A DNA stretch of 25,424 bases from a virus (IMGVR_UViG_3300038492_000407:1-25424); one strand, 5' to 3'; positions 15,209-22,801 are shown, counted from the first letter of the stretch. Program-made: numbers and translations. Notes: generated by a model not told the origin, from the letters alone.

Positions 15209-15879
15209 CGCCAAGAGAAATCGTCCAGATCATCAAAGAGCAGCCGACCGAGACCGGAATTCGGCTGCTCTTAACGCTGTTCAGCGACAAGTTCACCGTT
15301 GCGAACAGTGCTATCGACCCTAAGCCTGACCCGCGTGACAAGACTGGCGTGCCGATACGGCCTGAGAGCGGCCGGCAAGGTTTCAAGGGTCCGCAGGTTC
15401 GCACCTCGAGCGGTAGTACTGCTACGGGCATGACAGGTCGGCAGACCTTGCGCAATATCGTCGATAACATGGGCTCATTCGAAGTCCGGCCTGGCGTTGA
15501 TCCAAATCACCCCGATCGCCACTACAAGGTGCACAAAAATCCGCCGATCAAGATCGAAGACATTCGCCCATGCGAGCGCTGCCGCACGCTCTACGTGCCA
15601 GAAATTGAGGGCGGCACCGAGTGCCGCGGCTGCGGCCACACCCTCGGAACCGAGTTCAAAAGCGAGACATTCAAAGAGCCTGGCGTCACGATCGACGGTC
15701 GAGAGCCGACACAGGAAGAATTCGACGAGGCGACGCGCAAGATGAACGAAGACACGAAGCGCGACCTCCAGGCAATGCGGGACGGAACCTATGTACCAGT
15801 TGATCGCAAGGGCGTTAACCCGGACTCCACACATCCGACGTTTCCACAAAGCCCGCGGCCTTTCAAAGGCTCTACTTAA
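15205..15879 (+). CDS. Hypothetical protein with Zn ribbon
   Basis: CERC...CRGC; ATGA coupling. Confidence 0.7.
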   Translation: MTPREIVQIIKEQPTETGIRLLLTLFSDKFTVANSAIDPKPDPRDKTGVPIRPESGRQGFKGPQVRTSSGSTATGMTGRQTLRNIVDNMGSFEVRPGVDPNHPDRHYKVHKNPPIKIEDIRPCERCRTLYVPEIEGGTECRGCGHTLGTEFKSETFKEPGVTIDGREPTQEEFDEATRKMNEDTKRDLQAMRDGTYVPVDRKGVNPDSTHPTFPQSPRPFKGST

Positions 15880-16219
15880 GTGGTTCGACTATGAGGGCGT
15901 CATCTGGCCAGACGGCAATATCTATCTGCTCGAGCCGTACTTCGAGGACGGGTGGATTCGCCGTCATGAATTCTGCCACCTCAAGCAGTGGCGCCGTTAC
16001 CCTTGGACGTTCTGGCTTCGGCTCTACTGGCAGTATTGGAAGTATGGGCACGATCTCGCGCCATTCGAAGTCGCAGCCGACGACTATGCCTGGAAGCACT
16101 ACGATAAGCTTCGGGCGAATTCGCCGGAAAACATCGTTACTCGAGTTGGCACGTGGCAAGGGCCGATATTCTACGCTCCGACGAAGACACTTCGAGCATT
16201 CTTGGACCCGCCAGCATGA
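15791..16219 (+). CDS. HExxH zincin-like metallopeptidase-family protein
   Basis: RHEFCHLKQ...YG....PFEVAA. Confidence 0.7.
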   Translation: MYQLIARALTRTPHIRRFHKARGLSKALLKWFDYEGVIWPDGNIYLLEPYFEDGWIRRHEFCHLKQWRRYPWTFWLRLYWQYWKYGHDLAPFEVAADDYAWKHYDKLRANSPENIVTRVGTWQGPIFYAPTKTLRAFLDPPA

Positions 16220-16455
16220 ACCGTGAAAGACGCATAGTTAGTCCGATGATCCGGGTGTACTGTAGTTCGAAGGGCTATGGCACTCCGAAAATCGATTGGG
16301 ACGACGGCGGCCTGACATTCACGCTCCCTGGATGCCAGCCGTATTCGATCGCTCAATCGGTGCTCGAGAACAATAGTCGGGCCGGCCGTAAGCCGCTCGA
16401 GAAGCTTATACAAAACTCGATCGATGTCGCGAAAGGGCTTAAGAAACCAGAATAG
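16216..16455 (+). CDS. Hypothetical protein
   Basis: ATGA coupling at 16216. Confidence 0.5.
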   Translation: MNRERRIVSPMIRVYCSSKGYGTPKIDWDDGGLTFTLPGCQPYSIAQSVLENNSRAGRKPLEKLIQNSIDVAKGLKKPE

Positions 16456-16530
16456 CGCGGTGGTAGAACACCTTGCTAGCCAGGGCCGGTCGTCGTTGTT
16501 CCACTGCTTCGGCGGCCGGTTCTCGAATTC

Positions 16531-16606
16531 AGCAGAGTAGAGCAGCGGTTAGCTCGTCAGATTCATGATCTGAAGGTCGCAGGTTCGATCCCTGCCTCTG
16601 CTTCCA
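16531..16606 (+). tRNA. tRNA with CAT anticodon (fMet-like body), encoded CCA
   Basis: AGCAGAG/CTCTGCT acceptor, GAGC/GCTC D stem, TCAGA-TTCATGA-TCTGA, GCAGG-TTCGATC-CCTGC, T-CCA; 76 nt. Confidence 0.93.
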
Positions 16607-16612
16607 AGTTCA

Positions 16613-16763
16613 GGCGCCGATAGCCGGTAACGCTCCGAGACTGCAAGGGCTATTGCAGCGGAGGGCCAGAAAATATCCCCCAGGCGGCTGGAGCCGCACT
16701 GTCGCCCGTAAGTCGACTCTGACGGCGATAGTCCTGGTTCGATCCCAGGCTCCGGGGTGCCCA
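16613..16763 (+). ncRNA. Unassigned tRNA-like structured RNA with canonical T arm
   Basis: CCTGG-TTCGATC-CCAGG T arm in a four-way junction, plus a 5' hairpin domain. Confidence 0.55.
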
Positions 16764-16903
16764 CATGACCGCAGAGAGAGAGCAGTATGCGTAGTTGAGC
16801 CGGGGCGACTGTAACCTCGGCACTTATTCATCGCAGAGCCGAGCCATTCGGGCTCATACACGCGAAGAGTGGTCATGCCGGGCTGACCGTAAAAATGCCC
16901 GGC
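16764..16903 (+). ncRNA. Putative structured RNA
   Basis: Closing stem 16764-16772/16869-16877 enclosing two hairpins; a further hairpin at 16877-16903. Confidence 0.4.
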
Positions 16904-16922
16904 GCTAACACGAGGGACTACG

Positions 16923-17087
16923 ATGAACGCCAAGTCTATTGCTAACTTCGCCGCTCCGGTCTTCCTGCTACTCGGTATCGGCACAATGCTGGCCAAGTAC
17001 GTGCCCGGGTTCTCGGTGCCAGGATCACCGATGGAGTGGTTCGTCGCGGCCGCTGCATGCGCCATCTACGCAGGCAACCTGAAGTAG
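16923..17087 (+). CDS. Small two-TM protein, 54 aa (holin-like topology)
   Basis: Read manually: MNAKSIANFAAPVFLLLGIGTMLAKYVPGFSVPGSPMEWFVAAAACAIYAGNLK; GAGGG RBS. Confidence 0.6.
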   Translation: MNAKSIANFAAPVFLLLGIGTMLAKYVPGFSVPGSPMEWFVAAAACAIYAGNLK

Positions 17088-17092
17088 ACACC

Positions 17093-17329
17093 ATGGCAGG
17101 CAAGAAAACACTCGATTATGACAGGATCGAAAAGCTCTGGAAGCAAGGACTCGATCGCAAAACCATTGCGCTCAGATTGGACTGCAGCCCTGCATCAATC
17201 ACGCGCGTACTCCAAGCGCGCGGATATGAAGGTGACTGGCGCAATAACGTGGCTGGCGTTGAAGTTGGCGTCCCGTCAGAATTGCACCACAGACAGCCGA
17301 GAGCCGAAGACGTAGAAAGCCTGATCTGA
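17093..17329 (+). CDS. Small HTH protein
   Basis: IEKLWKQGLDRKTIALRLDCSPASITRVL. Confidence 0.7.
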   Translation: MAGKKTLDYDRIEKLWKQGLDRKTIALRLDCSPASITRVLQARGYEGDWRNNVAGVEVGVPSELHHRQPRAEDVESLI

Positions 17330-17535
17330 TGGCGATCAACATGACAAATCGCAATATGGAGCTCGAGGAGCACCGTTTGGAGCTCGGCCGCGAGCTCTAT
17401 GTGCGATATTTGGAAGACCGGATCCGGGAATTAGAATCGAAAGGATCCTTGTTTTGCGCTCGAGCCCGCCTAGTTTCGGGAATTCAGATCGCGCTCGGGG
17501 AAGCCTACGAGCAAGGGAAGCACAGCAATGACTGA
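17329..17535 (+). CDS. Hypothetical protein, paralog of 17623-17886
   Basis: RLELGRELYVRYLED...ARARLVSGIQIAL..AYEQG. Confidence 0.7.
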   Translation: MAINMTNRNMELEEHRLELGRELYVRYLEDRIRELESKGSLFCARARLVSGIQIALGEAYEQGKHSND

Positions 17536-17617
17536 CGGCATTGGGCTGGTTGTAGCGTTTCACGTCTGCTGGATAGTGGCCTGTGGGTTCGCTCTTGGCT
17601 GGCTCGTTTTTGGGTAG
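17528..17617 (+). CDS. 29-aa hydrophobic peptide
   Basis: Read manually: MTDGIGLVVAFHVCWIVACGFALGWLVFG; fills the gap between the paralogs. Confidence 0.4.
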   Translation: MTDGIGLVVAFHVCWIVACGFALGWLVFG

Positions 17618-17622
17618 GTGCA

Positions 17623-17886
17623 ATGACAGTAACGAACAAGCCGCGTGACTTAGGCCAAGGTGGCGATCGTCTTGATATGGGGCAAGCTCTCTACAGGCGA
17701 TATCTCGAAGATCTTATTCAGGACGACGAACGGAATCTGCACGGTATGGCCAAGGCTCGGCTCATTTCCGGCATGCAGGTGGCCATGGAGATAGCCTATC
17801 AGCAGGGTTTCGACCATGGCTGCAAAGCTCGGAGCTTGGACGATCGACGCGGGGAGAAGTACGAGAGGACAGTTTCTAATGAGTGA
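17623..17886 (+). CDS. Hypothetical protein, paralog of 17329-17535
   Basis: RLDMGQALYRRYLED...AKARLISGMQVAM..AYQQG. Confidence 0.7.
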   Translation: MTVTNKPRDLGQGGDRLDMGQALYRRYLEDLIQDDERNLHGMAKARLISGMQVAMEIAYQQGFDHGCKARSLDDRRGEKYERTVSNE

Positions 17887-18367
17887 CACTGGTTGCGAAT
17901 TCGATTTCAGCGATCGCAAAGGCCGGGAAGATTGCGCCGAAGCCATCACGAAGGCCGTAATGGGCCAGATCCTCGAAGGCATCGGCATGATGACGTCAGT
18001 GGGCCGCAATCAGATCATCGCCGCGCTCGATCACTGCTATGCCCAAGGCAAAGCCGACGGCATCATGGTGGCCCACGGTGAGCGCTTCAAATGCCGGAAC
18101 AACGAAAGCACCAATTCTGAGCCCGACGACCCGTGTGACTGGCCACACTGCAGCTGCGACCCGGTTGCCGAGCGTGTTGTCGATGCCCTCAGCGAGCAAG
18201 GCGTGTTCTACCGTGAGGAGCCCAAGGAGCTTCCCCAGGCCGAATTCTGCCCGGAGTCGCGACAGAAGTGCACCTATCCGCACTGCGGCTGTGTTGATGC
18301 GGATGACAAGAGATGCCCAGCTCACCCGCTGACCGCCAATTACCAGACCAAGGAAGCTGAGGCTTGA
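17879..18367 (+). CDS. Cys-rich hypothetical protein
   Basis: GAGGA RBS; repeated CDWPHCSC / CTYPHCGC. Confidence 0.65.
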   Translation: MSDTGCEFDFSDRKGREDCAEAITKAVMGQILEGIGMMTSVGRNQIIAALDHCYAQGKADGIMVAHGERFKCRNNESTNSEPDDPCDWPHCSCDPVAERVVDALSEQGVFYREEPKELPQAEFCPESRQKCTYPHCGCVDADDKRCPAHPLTANYQTKEAEA

Positions 18368-18588
18368 AGAGCTACACAACAGTGGATTTCGTCCCGATGC
18401 ACAGGCGAGTAGAGAAGACGAAAAGCCAGATAGCACCGGAAAGATCAGCTTCCCGGACGTCACGTCCTAAGATCACGCCCGGCCTGCGCTGGGACCAGCT
18501 CAAAGGCAAGTACAACTGGCACAAGATACGACGGCGAGAAGAAATCGAAATTATCGCCAAGCGAAAGCGAGACCGTAATGGCAAGTGA
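18364..18588 (+). CDS. Basic hypothetical protein
   Basis: TTGA coupling; GAGG RBS. Confidence 0.5.
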   Translation: MKSYTTVDFVPMHRRVEKTKSQIAPERSASRTSRPKITPGLRWDQLKGKYNWHKIRRREEIEIIAKRKRDRNGK

Positions 18589-18883
18589 TGAAATGACGTG
18601 GTGTGGTGAAGCCATCCCCGTAGTCAATAAGGTTTCGAACCACGGGATCAGCAGCAGAGTCGGCGAGATGTTCCGAGCAGGACTGAGCCCTAGCGATATT
18701 GCTGCGGATCTCGACTGTCACGTGGACTCAATAACGACAATCCTAGATTTCCACTCGAACGGGCTCTGGAGATTGGTTCAAGAGCAGCGCGACAAAGCCA
18801 ATGCTGCTTCAGACGCAGCAGAATTTCCCGCTCAAGCTCTGAAATTTGGCACTGGTGGCATTCTCAGCGCCGTAGGACGGTAG
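18578..18883 (+). CDS. HTH-like protein
   Basis: MFRAGLSPSDIAADLDCHVDSITTIL. Confidence 0.6.
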   Translation: MASDEMTWCGEAIPVVNKVSNHGISSRVGEMFRAGLSPSDIAADLDCHVDSITTILDFHSNGLWRLVQEQRDKANAASDAAEFPAQALKFGTGGILSAVGR

Positions 18884-18884
18884 A

Positions 18885-19070
18885 ATGGGCAAACCGAAGT
18901 TCACTCGGGTCGAAAATCCGACAGAACCAAAGCTGACAGAGGCACAGAAGGCCAAATCAGCTCGTCGCGCACTGATCCGCTCAACTCCCAAGAAAGGCGC
19001 TCCAGCCGGCCGTATTGCGCGAGATCCACACACCAGCGACAGAACCGAGCCCGCAGGCTTGCCAGATTAG
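18885..19070 (+). CDS. Small basic protein
   Basis: AGGA RBS; immediately follows the previous stop. Confidence 0.5.
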   Translation: MGKPKFTRVENPTEPKLTEAQKAKSARRALIRSTPKKGAPAGRIARDPHTSDRTEPAGLPD

Positions 19071-19165
19071 GGCAAATCACAGTAGGGGGGAATACCCCCT
19101 TCGCTGGGGGTAATACCCCCCTCGTGGCGTGAATCGATAGTGAATCTAGGGGGGAACGTTCACCC
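19059..19165 (+). promoter_or_regulatory. Putative late promoter and G/C-tract palindromes upstream of terS
   Basis: TTGCCA-GATTA-GGGCAAATCAC, then GGGGG(G)AATACCCCC and GGGGGTAATACCCCC. Confidence 0.5.
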
Positions 19166-19181
19166 ATAGGGGCACTGGGAA

Positions 19182-19691
19182 ATGACGCCACAGCAGCAAC
19201 AATTCGTCGAAAACATCAAGGTTCATCGGATGTCTAAGTCGGACGCATACCGCGCGGCTTACGACAAGCCGGATTACTCCCCAAAGCAGGCAGGCAACGC
19301 CGTCACGAAGCTGATGTCCAAGCCGTACATTGCCGAAGCTTTGGCTCAGTACACCGAGGCGATCGTCAACAAGGTGGCCGAGAAGAAGGCCGAAATCGTC
19401 GTTGACCATCAAGAGGAAGTCCGGCAGCACCTTCGCCGCATCATCGACGCTGCGGTCGAAGACAACAATATGGATGCTGCTATCCGTGCCACTGAGCTGA
19501 TGGGCAAGATGGACGCGTGCGGCAACTTCATCGAGCAGCCGGCACCACAGGAAGGCGGATCGGCTTCAGGCGTCACGGTTAACGTCAATCCAGGCGAGCC
19601 GAGCCCACTGTCTATGATTGCCGCGACGATCAAGAAAGGCGGGCCAGCGAAACAGATCGAAGCGCAGGCGACCGAGGTCGAGGCGGCGTAA
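19182..19691 (+). CDS. terS: Terminase small subunit
   Basis: TPQQQQFV.....MSKSDAYRAAY.......A...KLMSKPYI HTH and AAIRATELMGK; upstream of TerL. Confidence 0.82.
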   Translation: MTPQQQQFVENIKVHRMSKSDAYRAAYDKPDYSPKQAGNAVTKLMSKPYIAEALAQYTEAIVNKVAEKKAEIVVDHQEEVRQHLRRIIDAAVEDNNMDAAIRATELMGKMDACGNFIEQPAPQEGGSASGVTVNVNPGEPSPLSMIAATIKKGGPAKQIEAQATEVEAA

Positions 19692-19885
19692 TGGCCTTGC
19701 TGAATGGAACTACCGACGGTGTTCGGATGGCGCTGGACCGAGCCGTCGAAGAGCTGAGAAAGATCGCTCAGGGCCGCAAGGACGGCGGCGAGCCATTGTC
19801 CGGTGAGGTGGCAAGGCAGGGCGCGCGCAAGGCTCTAAGGGAAATCGGGCAGAGCTGGGCCGGGGGGCGCTCTGGTGGAAAATAA
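19691..19885 (+). CDS. Hypothetical protein
   Basis: TAATG coupling; GAGG RBS. Confidence 0.55.
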   Translation: MALLNGTTDGVRMALDRAVEELRKIAQGRKDGGEPLSGEVARQGARKALREIGQSWAGGRSGGK

Positions 19886-20027
19886 GGATCAGATTCGGCT
19901 GGTACTCGAGCAGTGCGCGCATTTCAACAATGGATGGGGCTTGATTGTGCCACCAACATTGGCTCGAAAGCTGCGGGCCATGGGAATTCACGGCCCATAC
20001 ACGATTCGGCCAGACTTGCCGGAGTAG
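19875..20027 (+). CDS. Small hypothetical protein, 50 aa
   Basis: Read manually; GTG start, fills the gap to terL. Confidence 0.35.
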   Translation: MENKDQIRLVLEQCAHFNNGWGLIVPPTLARKLRAMGIHGPYTIRPDLPE

Positions 20028-20030
20028 GAT

Positions 20031-21707
20031 GTGGCAGTTGCCGAGCAGATCTCCGAATTCCAGCTATGCGATGATCCTTGGGAACTCGAGGAGCTTGTCC
20101 GGGCGATAGAGTTGCAGCCCGAACACATCAAGCGAGAAGCTTACCGGGAACTGTTCTCCCACGATCTCTATGCCCTGCTGCGCTACGGCCTGGCCCGACG
20201 AGATCTTATCGAGGTTGAGGTTCAGGACGAGGAGACGGGCCGCAAGTGGAAGGAACCACGACGGCCAGACCAGATCAAATGGCTGTTCGACCGAGCCCGC
20301 GAGTACCAAGCAGCGCCGAACGGGTATCTCGATCTCTGGGCACGTGAGCACTACAAGTCGACGATCATCACCAATGCGGGGCTGATCTTCCGCATAATCC
20401 AAGACCAGAATATATCGATCGGCATATTCAGCCACACCAAGGCGATCGCCCGAACGTTCTTGCGCGAGATCAAGGTCGAACTCGAACAAAACCCCGTATT
20501 CCCTTATCTTTGGCCGGAAATCTTCTGGGAAAATCCACGCAAGGAAAGCCCGAAGTGGACCGAGAACGAAGGTATCGTCGTCAAGCGGACCGAGAACTCC
20601 AGGGAAGCGACCGTCGAAGGCTGGGGGCTCGTAGATGGACAGCCGACGTCAAGGCACTTCACGCACCTGCACTACGATGACGTCGTGACACTCGAGTCTG
20701 TCACTGGGCCGGAGATGATCAAAAAGACGACCGCGGCTTTCGAGATGTCCTCGAACCTTGGGTCTGAAGGCGGTACTCGAGTAATCGTCGGCACGATCTA
20801 CCACTTCGGCGACACGTACATGCAGCTGATCCGCAGAAATGCGGTCAAGACGCGGATATATCCCTGCACGCACGACGGCGAAGAGAACTTAGACGACCCC
20901 ATGAACTGCGTGTTGCAGTCACCTGCTTACCTCAAGATGAAGCGGGTCGATCAGGGGCCATACACGTTTGGAACTCAGATGTTGCTAAACCCGAAGGGTG
21001 ATGGGGCTCAGACCTTCAAGCCTGAATGGCTGAAATGGATCACGAACGAGCTTTCACCGGACGAAGCCGAAGAAATGTTCCGGATCTTGATTGTCGACCC
21101 GGCGAACGAGAAGCGAAAGCACAATGACTGGACGTCGATGTGGGTGTTCGGATGCGACAGCAACCGCAACTACATTCAGCTGGACCATATCCGAGACCGC
21201 TTCGGCCTGACTGAGCGCACGGATGCAGTGTTTCAGCTGCACGAATTCTGGAAACCACAGCTGACAGTCTACGAGCACTACGGCATGCAAGCCGACACGG
21301 CCCATATCACGGCCGAGATGGAGCACACGAACTACCGTTTCGATATTCTCGAGGTTGGCGGTACGACACCCAAGAATGACCGCATCAAGCGTCTACAGCC
21401 GATCTTTGCTGCGGGACGCATCTATCTTCGTCGCGCGCGACACTACACGGACTACGAGGGCACGACCTCGAACCTGATGGAGCGGTTCGTCGAGGAAGAA
21501 TACAAGGCATTCCCGGTCATGGCCTTCGACGACGGTCTCGATAGCATGGCACGGCTCGAAGATCCGGACGTACAGGCACAAATCACCTGGCCCAACCGGA
21601 AGCAGAAGGGCGACATCAGGGTTGTAACTGAGGCGCCTGACAGAGCGTCGACACGCAGTCGACGCAGAGGTTCGCAGCCTGGACCAAGGGTTATCACTAG
21701 AAGGTAG
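20031..21707 (+). CDS. terL: Terminase large subunit
   Basis: Walker A variant REHYKST, TSRHF..LHYDD Walker B, VGTIYH, nuclease VDPA...D and DDGLDS. Confidence 0.92.
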   Translation: MAVAEQISEFQLCDDPWELEELVRAIELQPEHIKREAYRELFSHDLYALLRYGLARRDLIEVEVQDEETGRKWKEPRRPDQIKWLFDRAREYQAAPNGYLDLWAREHYKSTIITNAGLIFRIIQDQNISIGIFSHTKAIARTFLREIKVELEQNPVFPYLWPEIFWENPRKESPKWTENEGIVVKRTENSREATVEGWGLVDGQPTSRHFTHLHYDDVVTLESVTGPEMIKKTTAAFEMSSNLGSEGGTRVIVGTIYHFGDTYMQLIRRNAVKTRIYPCTHDGEENLDDPMNCVLQSPAYLKMKRVDQGPYTFGTQMLLNPKGDGAQTFKPEWLKWITNELSPDEAEEMFRILIVDPANEKRKHNDWTSMWVFGCDSNRNYIQLDHIRDRFGLTERTDAVFQLHEFWKPQLTVYEHYGMQADTAHITAEMEHTNYRFDILEVGGTTPKNDRIKRLQPIFAAGRIYLRRARHYTDYEGTTSNLMERFVEEEYKAFPVMAFDDGLDSMARLEDPDVQAQITWPNRKQKGDIRVVTEAPDRASTRSRRRGSQPGPRVITRR

Positions 21708-21712
21708 GAACG

Positions 21713-22060
21713 ATGTCTAAGCTCAAAGAAGGTCAAGAATTGCAGTCTGATGCCGAGGCAGTCGCCGAAGCAGAAGCCGCCGTCAACAAGGAATGGCTTG
21801 TCGGCGATGCCTGCGTCATCAACGGCAAGACGTGGTTCATTCGCGAGATCGGCAGGGGCCGTGTGCATTTCAACGAAAGCCCGAACTTCGATCGAGCAGA
21901 GATGTGCATGAACTATGCGGACTTTGCTGCCAAAGCTGAGAGGGCAAAGGAAGCCGCGGCCGATGTGGCCACAGAGCAGGCGAACCGCAAGTCGAAAGCC
22001 AATCAGGCATTGGCTGATGCGGCTGCAGATGGGCCAGCACCAGCAGACGAGGACGAATAA
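21713..22060 (+). CDS. Hypothetical protein
   Basis: AGGA RBS; lies between terL and the head genes. Confidence 0.65.
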   Translation: MSKLKEGQELQSDAEAVAEAEAAVNKEWLVGDACVINGKTWFIREIGRGRVHFNESPNFDRAEMCMNYADFAAKAERAKEAAADVATEQANRKSKANQALADAAADGPAPADEDE

Positions 22061-22062
22061 CC

Positions 22063-22308
22063 ATGGGATTCGGCGGCGGCAGTCGAACGCCCCTTCCTGA
22101 ACCGGAGCCGGTCACGCCAGTTCCACAGGAAGAGGGCTCGAACAAGATCGAAGCGCAGAGACGTGCTCGCCTGGCTGCTGCCGATCGCGAGGGCTTCTCC
22201 GAGCATCGTAAATCCGGTCAAGGACGTGGCACTCGGTCTGAACCAAACAGGCAGGGTGCCACGGGCTCGACCATCCAGGGCAAACGCACAGCGAGGATGA
22301 TGTACTAA
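22063..22308 (+). CDS. Small pre-portal virion-type protein, paralog 1 (MGFG...ARMMY)
   Basis: Termini shared with the next two ORFs; position before the head-tail connector. Confidence 0.75.
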   Translation: MGFGGGSRTPLPEPEPVTPVPQEEGSNKIEAQRRARLAAADREGFSEHRKSGQGRGTRSEPNRQGATGSTIQGKRTARMMY

Positions 22309-22568
22309 TGGGATTCGGTAAGAAATCTTCGCAGCCACAGCCGGCTGCCCCAGTCGACAACACGCCGCAAGTCACCAGCAACCAAGTCGAGCAAGGCGAG
22401 GATGCTGGCCGGCCCGGTACTCGGCGTGTGGCCCGCTTCCGCTCGATCGAGCGCGATAGGGACGCATCCTTGAATGATCCTGGCTCGGAAACGGGCGGGG
22501 ATGATCCTATGGGCGGAAGCCGACGACCGAGGGCGAGCGGGCGAAAGTCCGCTGCGATGTTGTACTGA
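22308..22568 (+). CDS. Small pre-portal virion-type protein, paralog 2 (MGFG...AAMLY)
   Basis: TAATG coupling; shared termini. Confidence 0.75.
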   Translation: MGFGKKSSQPQPAAPVDNTPQVTSNQVEQGEDAGRPGTRRVARFRSIERDRDASLNDPGSETGGDDPMGGSRRPRASGRKSAAMLY

Positions 22569-22801
22569 TGGGGTTCGGAAGCAAATCGTCGTCGACTCCG
22601 AAGAAAGATCCGGAGCCGACGTTCAAGCAGGTTGAGACCACGAACGACCCTCAACAGCGTAGAACTCTTGGTGTTAGGCGTGCTGAACGCTTCCAAACAC
22701 GAGACCAACCAGCGGCTCATATGCTTGAGGGGGATGAGAGCGGCTACGGCTCGCCGGCTCCTCCAGGCACAGCGACCCGCAAAGCTCGCATGATGTACTA
22801 A
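22568..22801 (+). CDS. Small pre-portal virion-type protein, paralog 3 (MGFG...ARMMY)
   Basis: TGATG coupling; shared termini. Confidence 0.75.
   Translation: MGFGSKSSSTPKKDPEPTFKQVETTNDPQQRRTLGVRRAERFQTRDQPAAHMLEGDESGYGSPAPPGTATRKARMMY

Noticed and set aside
16483-16520. GC-rich hairpin before the tRNA as an intrinsic terminator
   Set aside because: No U-tract follows; more likely a processing or leader structure, and left uncalled.
16710-16721. Loop AAGTCGACTCTG as antisense to GTCGAC in the early leaders (3286, 3803)
   Set aside because: Only 6-7 bp of complementarity through a palindromic hexamer that is frequent in this sequence.
16613-16763. Identification as YrlA Y RNA, tmRNA, tRNA-Sec or theta/HDV ribozyme
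   Set aside because: The T arm is at the 3' end and no Ro60 gene is in the window; there is no tmRNA acceptor end or tag ORF and no UCA anticodon arm; I could not build the HDV nested pseudoknot by eye.
17557-17565. Partial parS GTTTCACGT
   Set aside because: Half-site only, inside a probable coding region.
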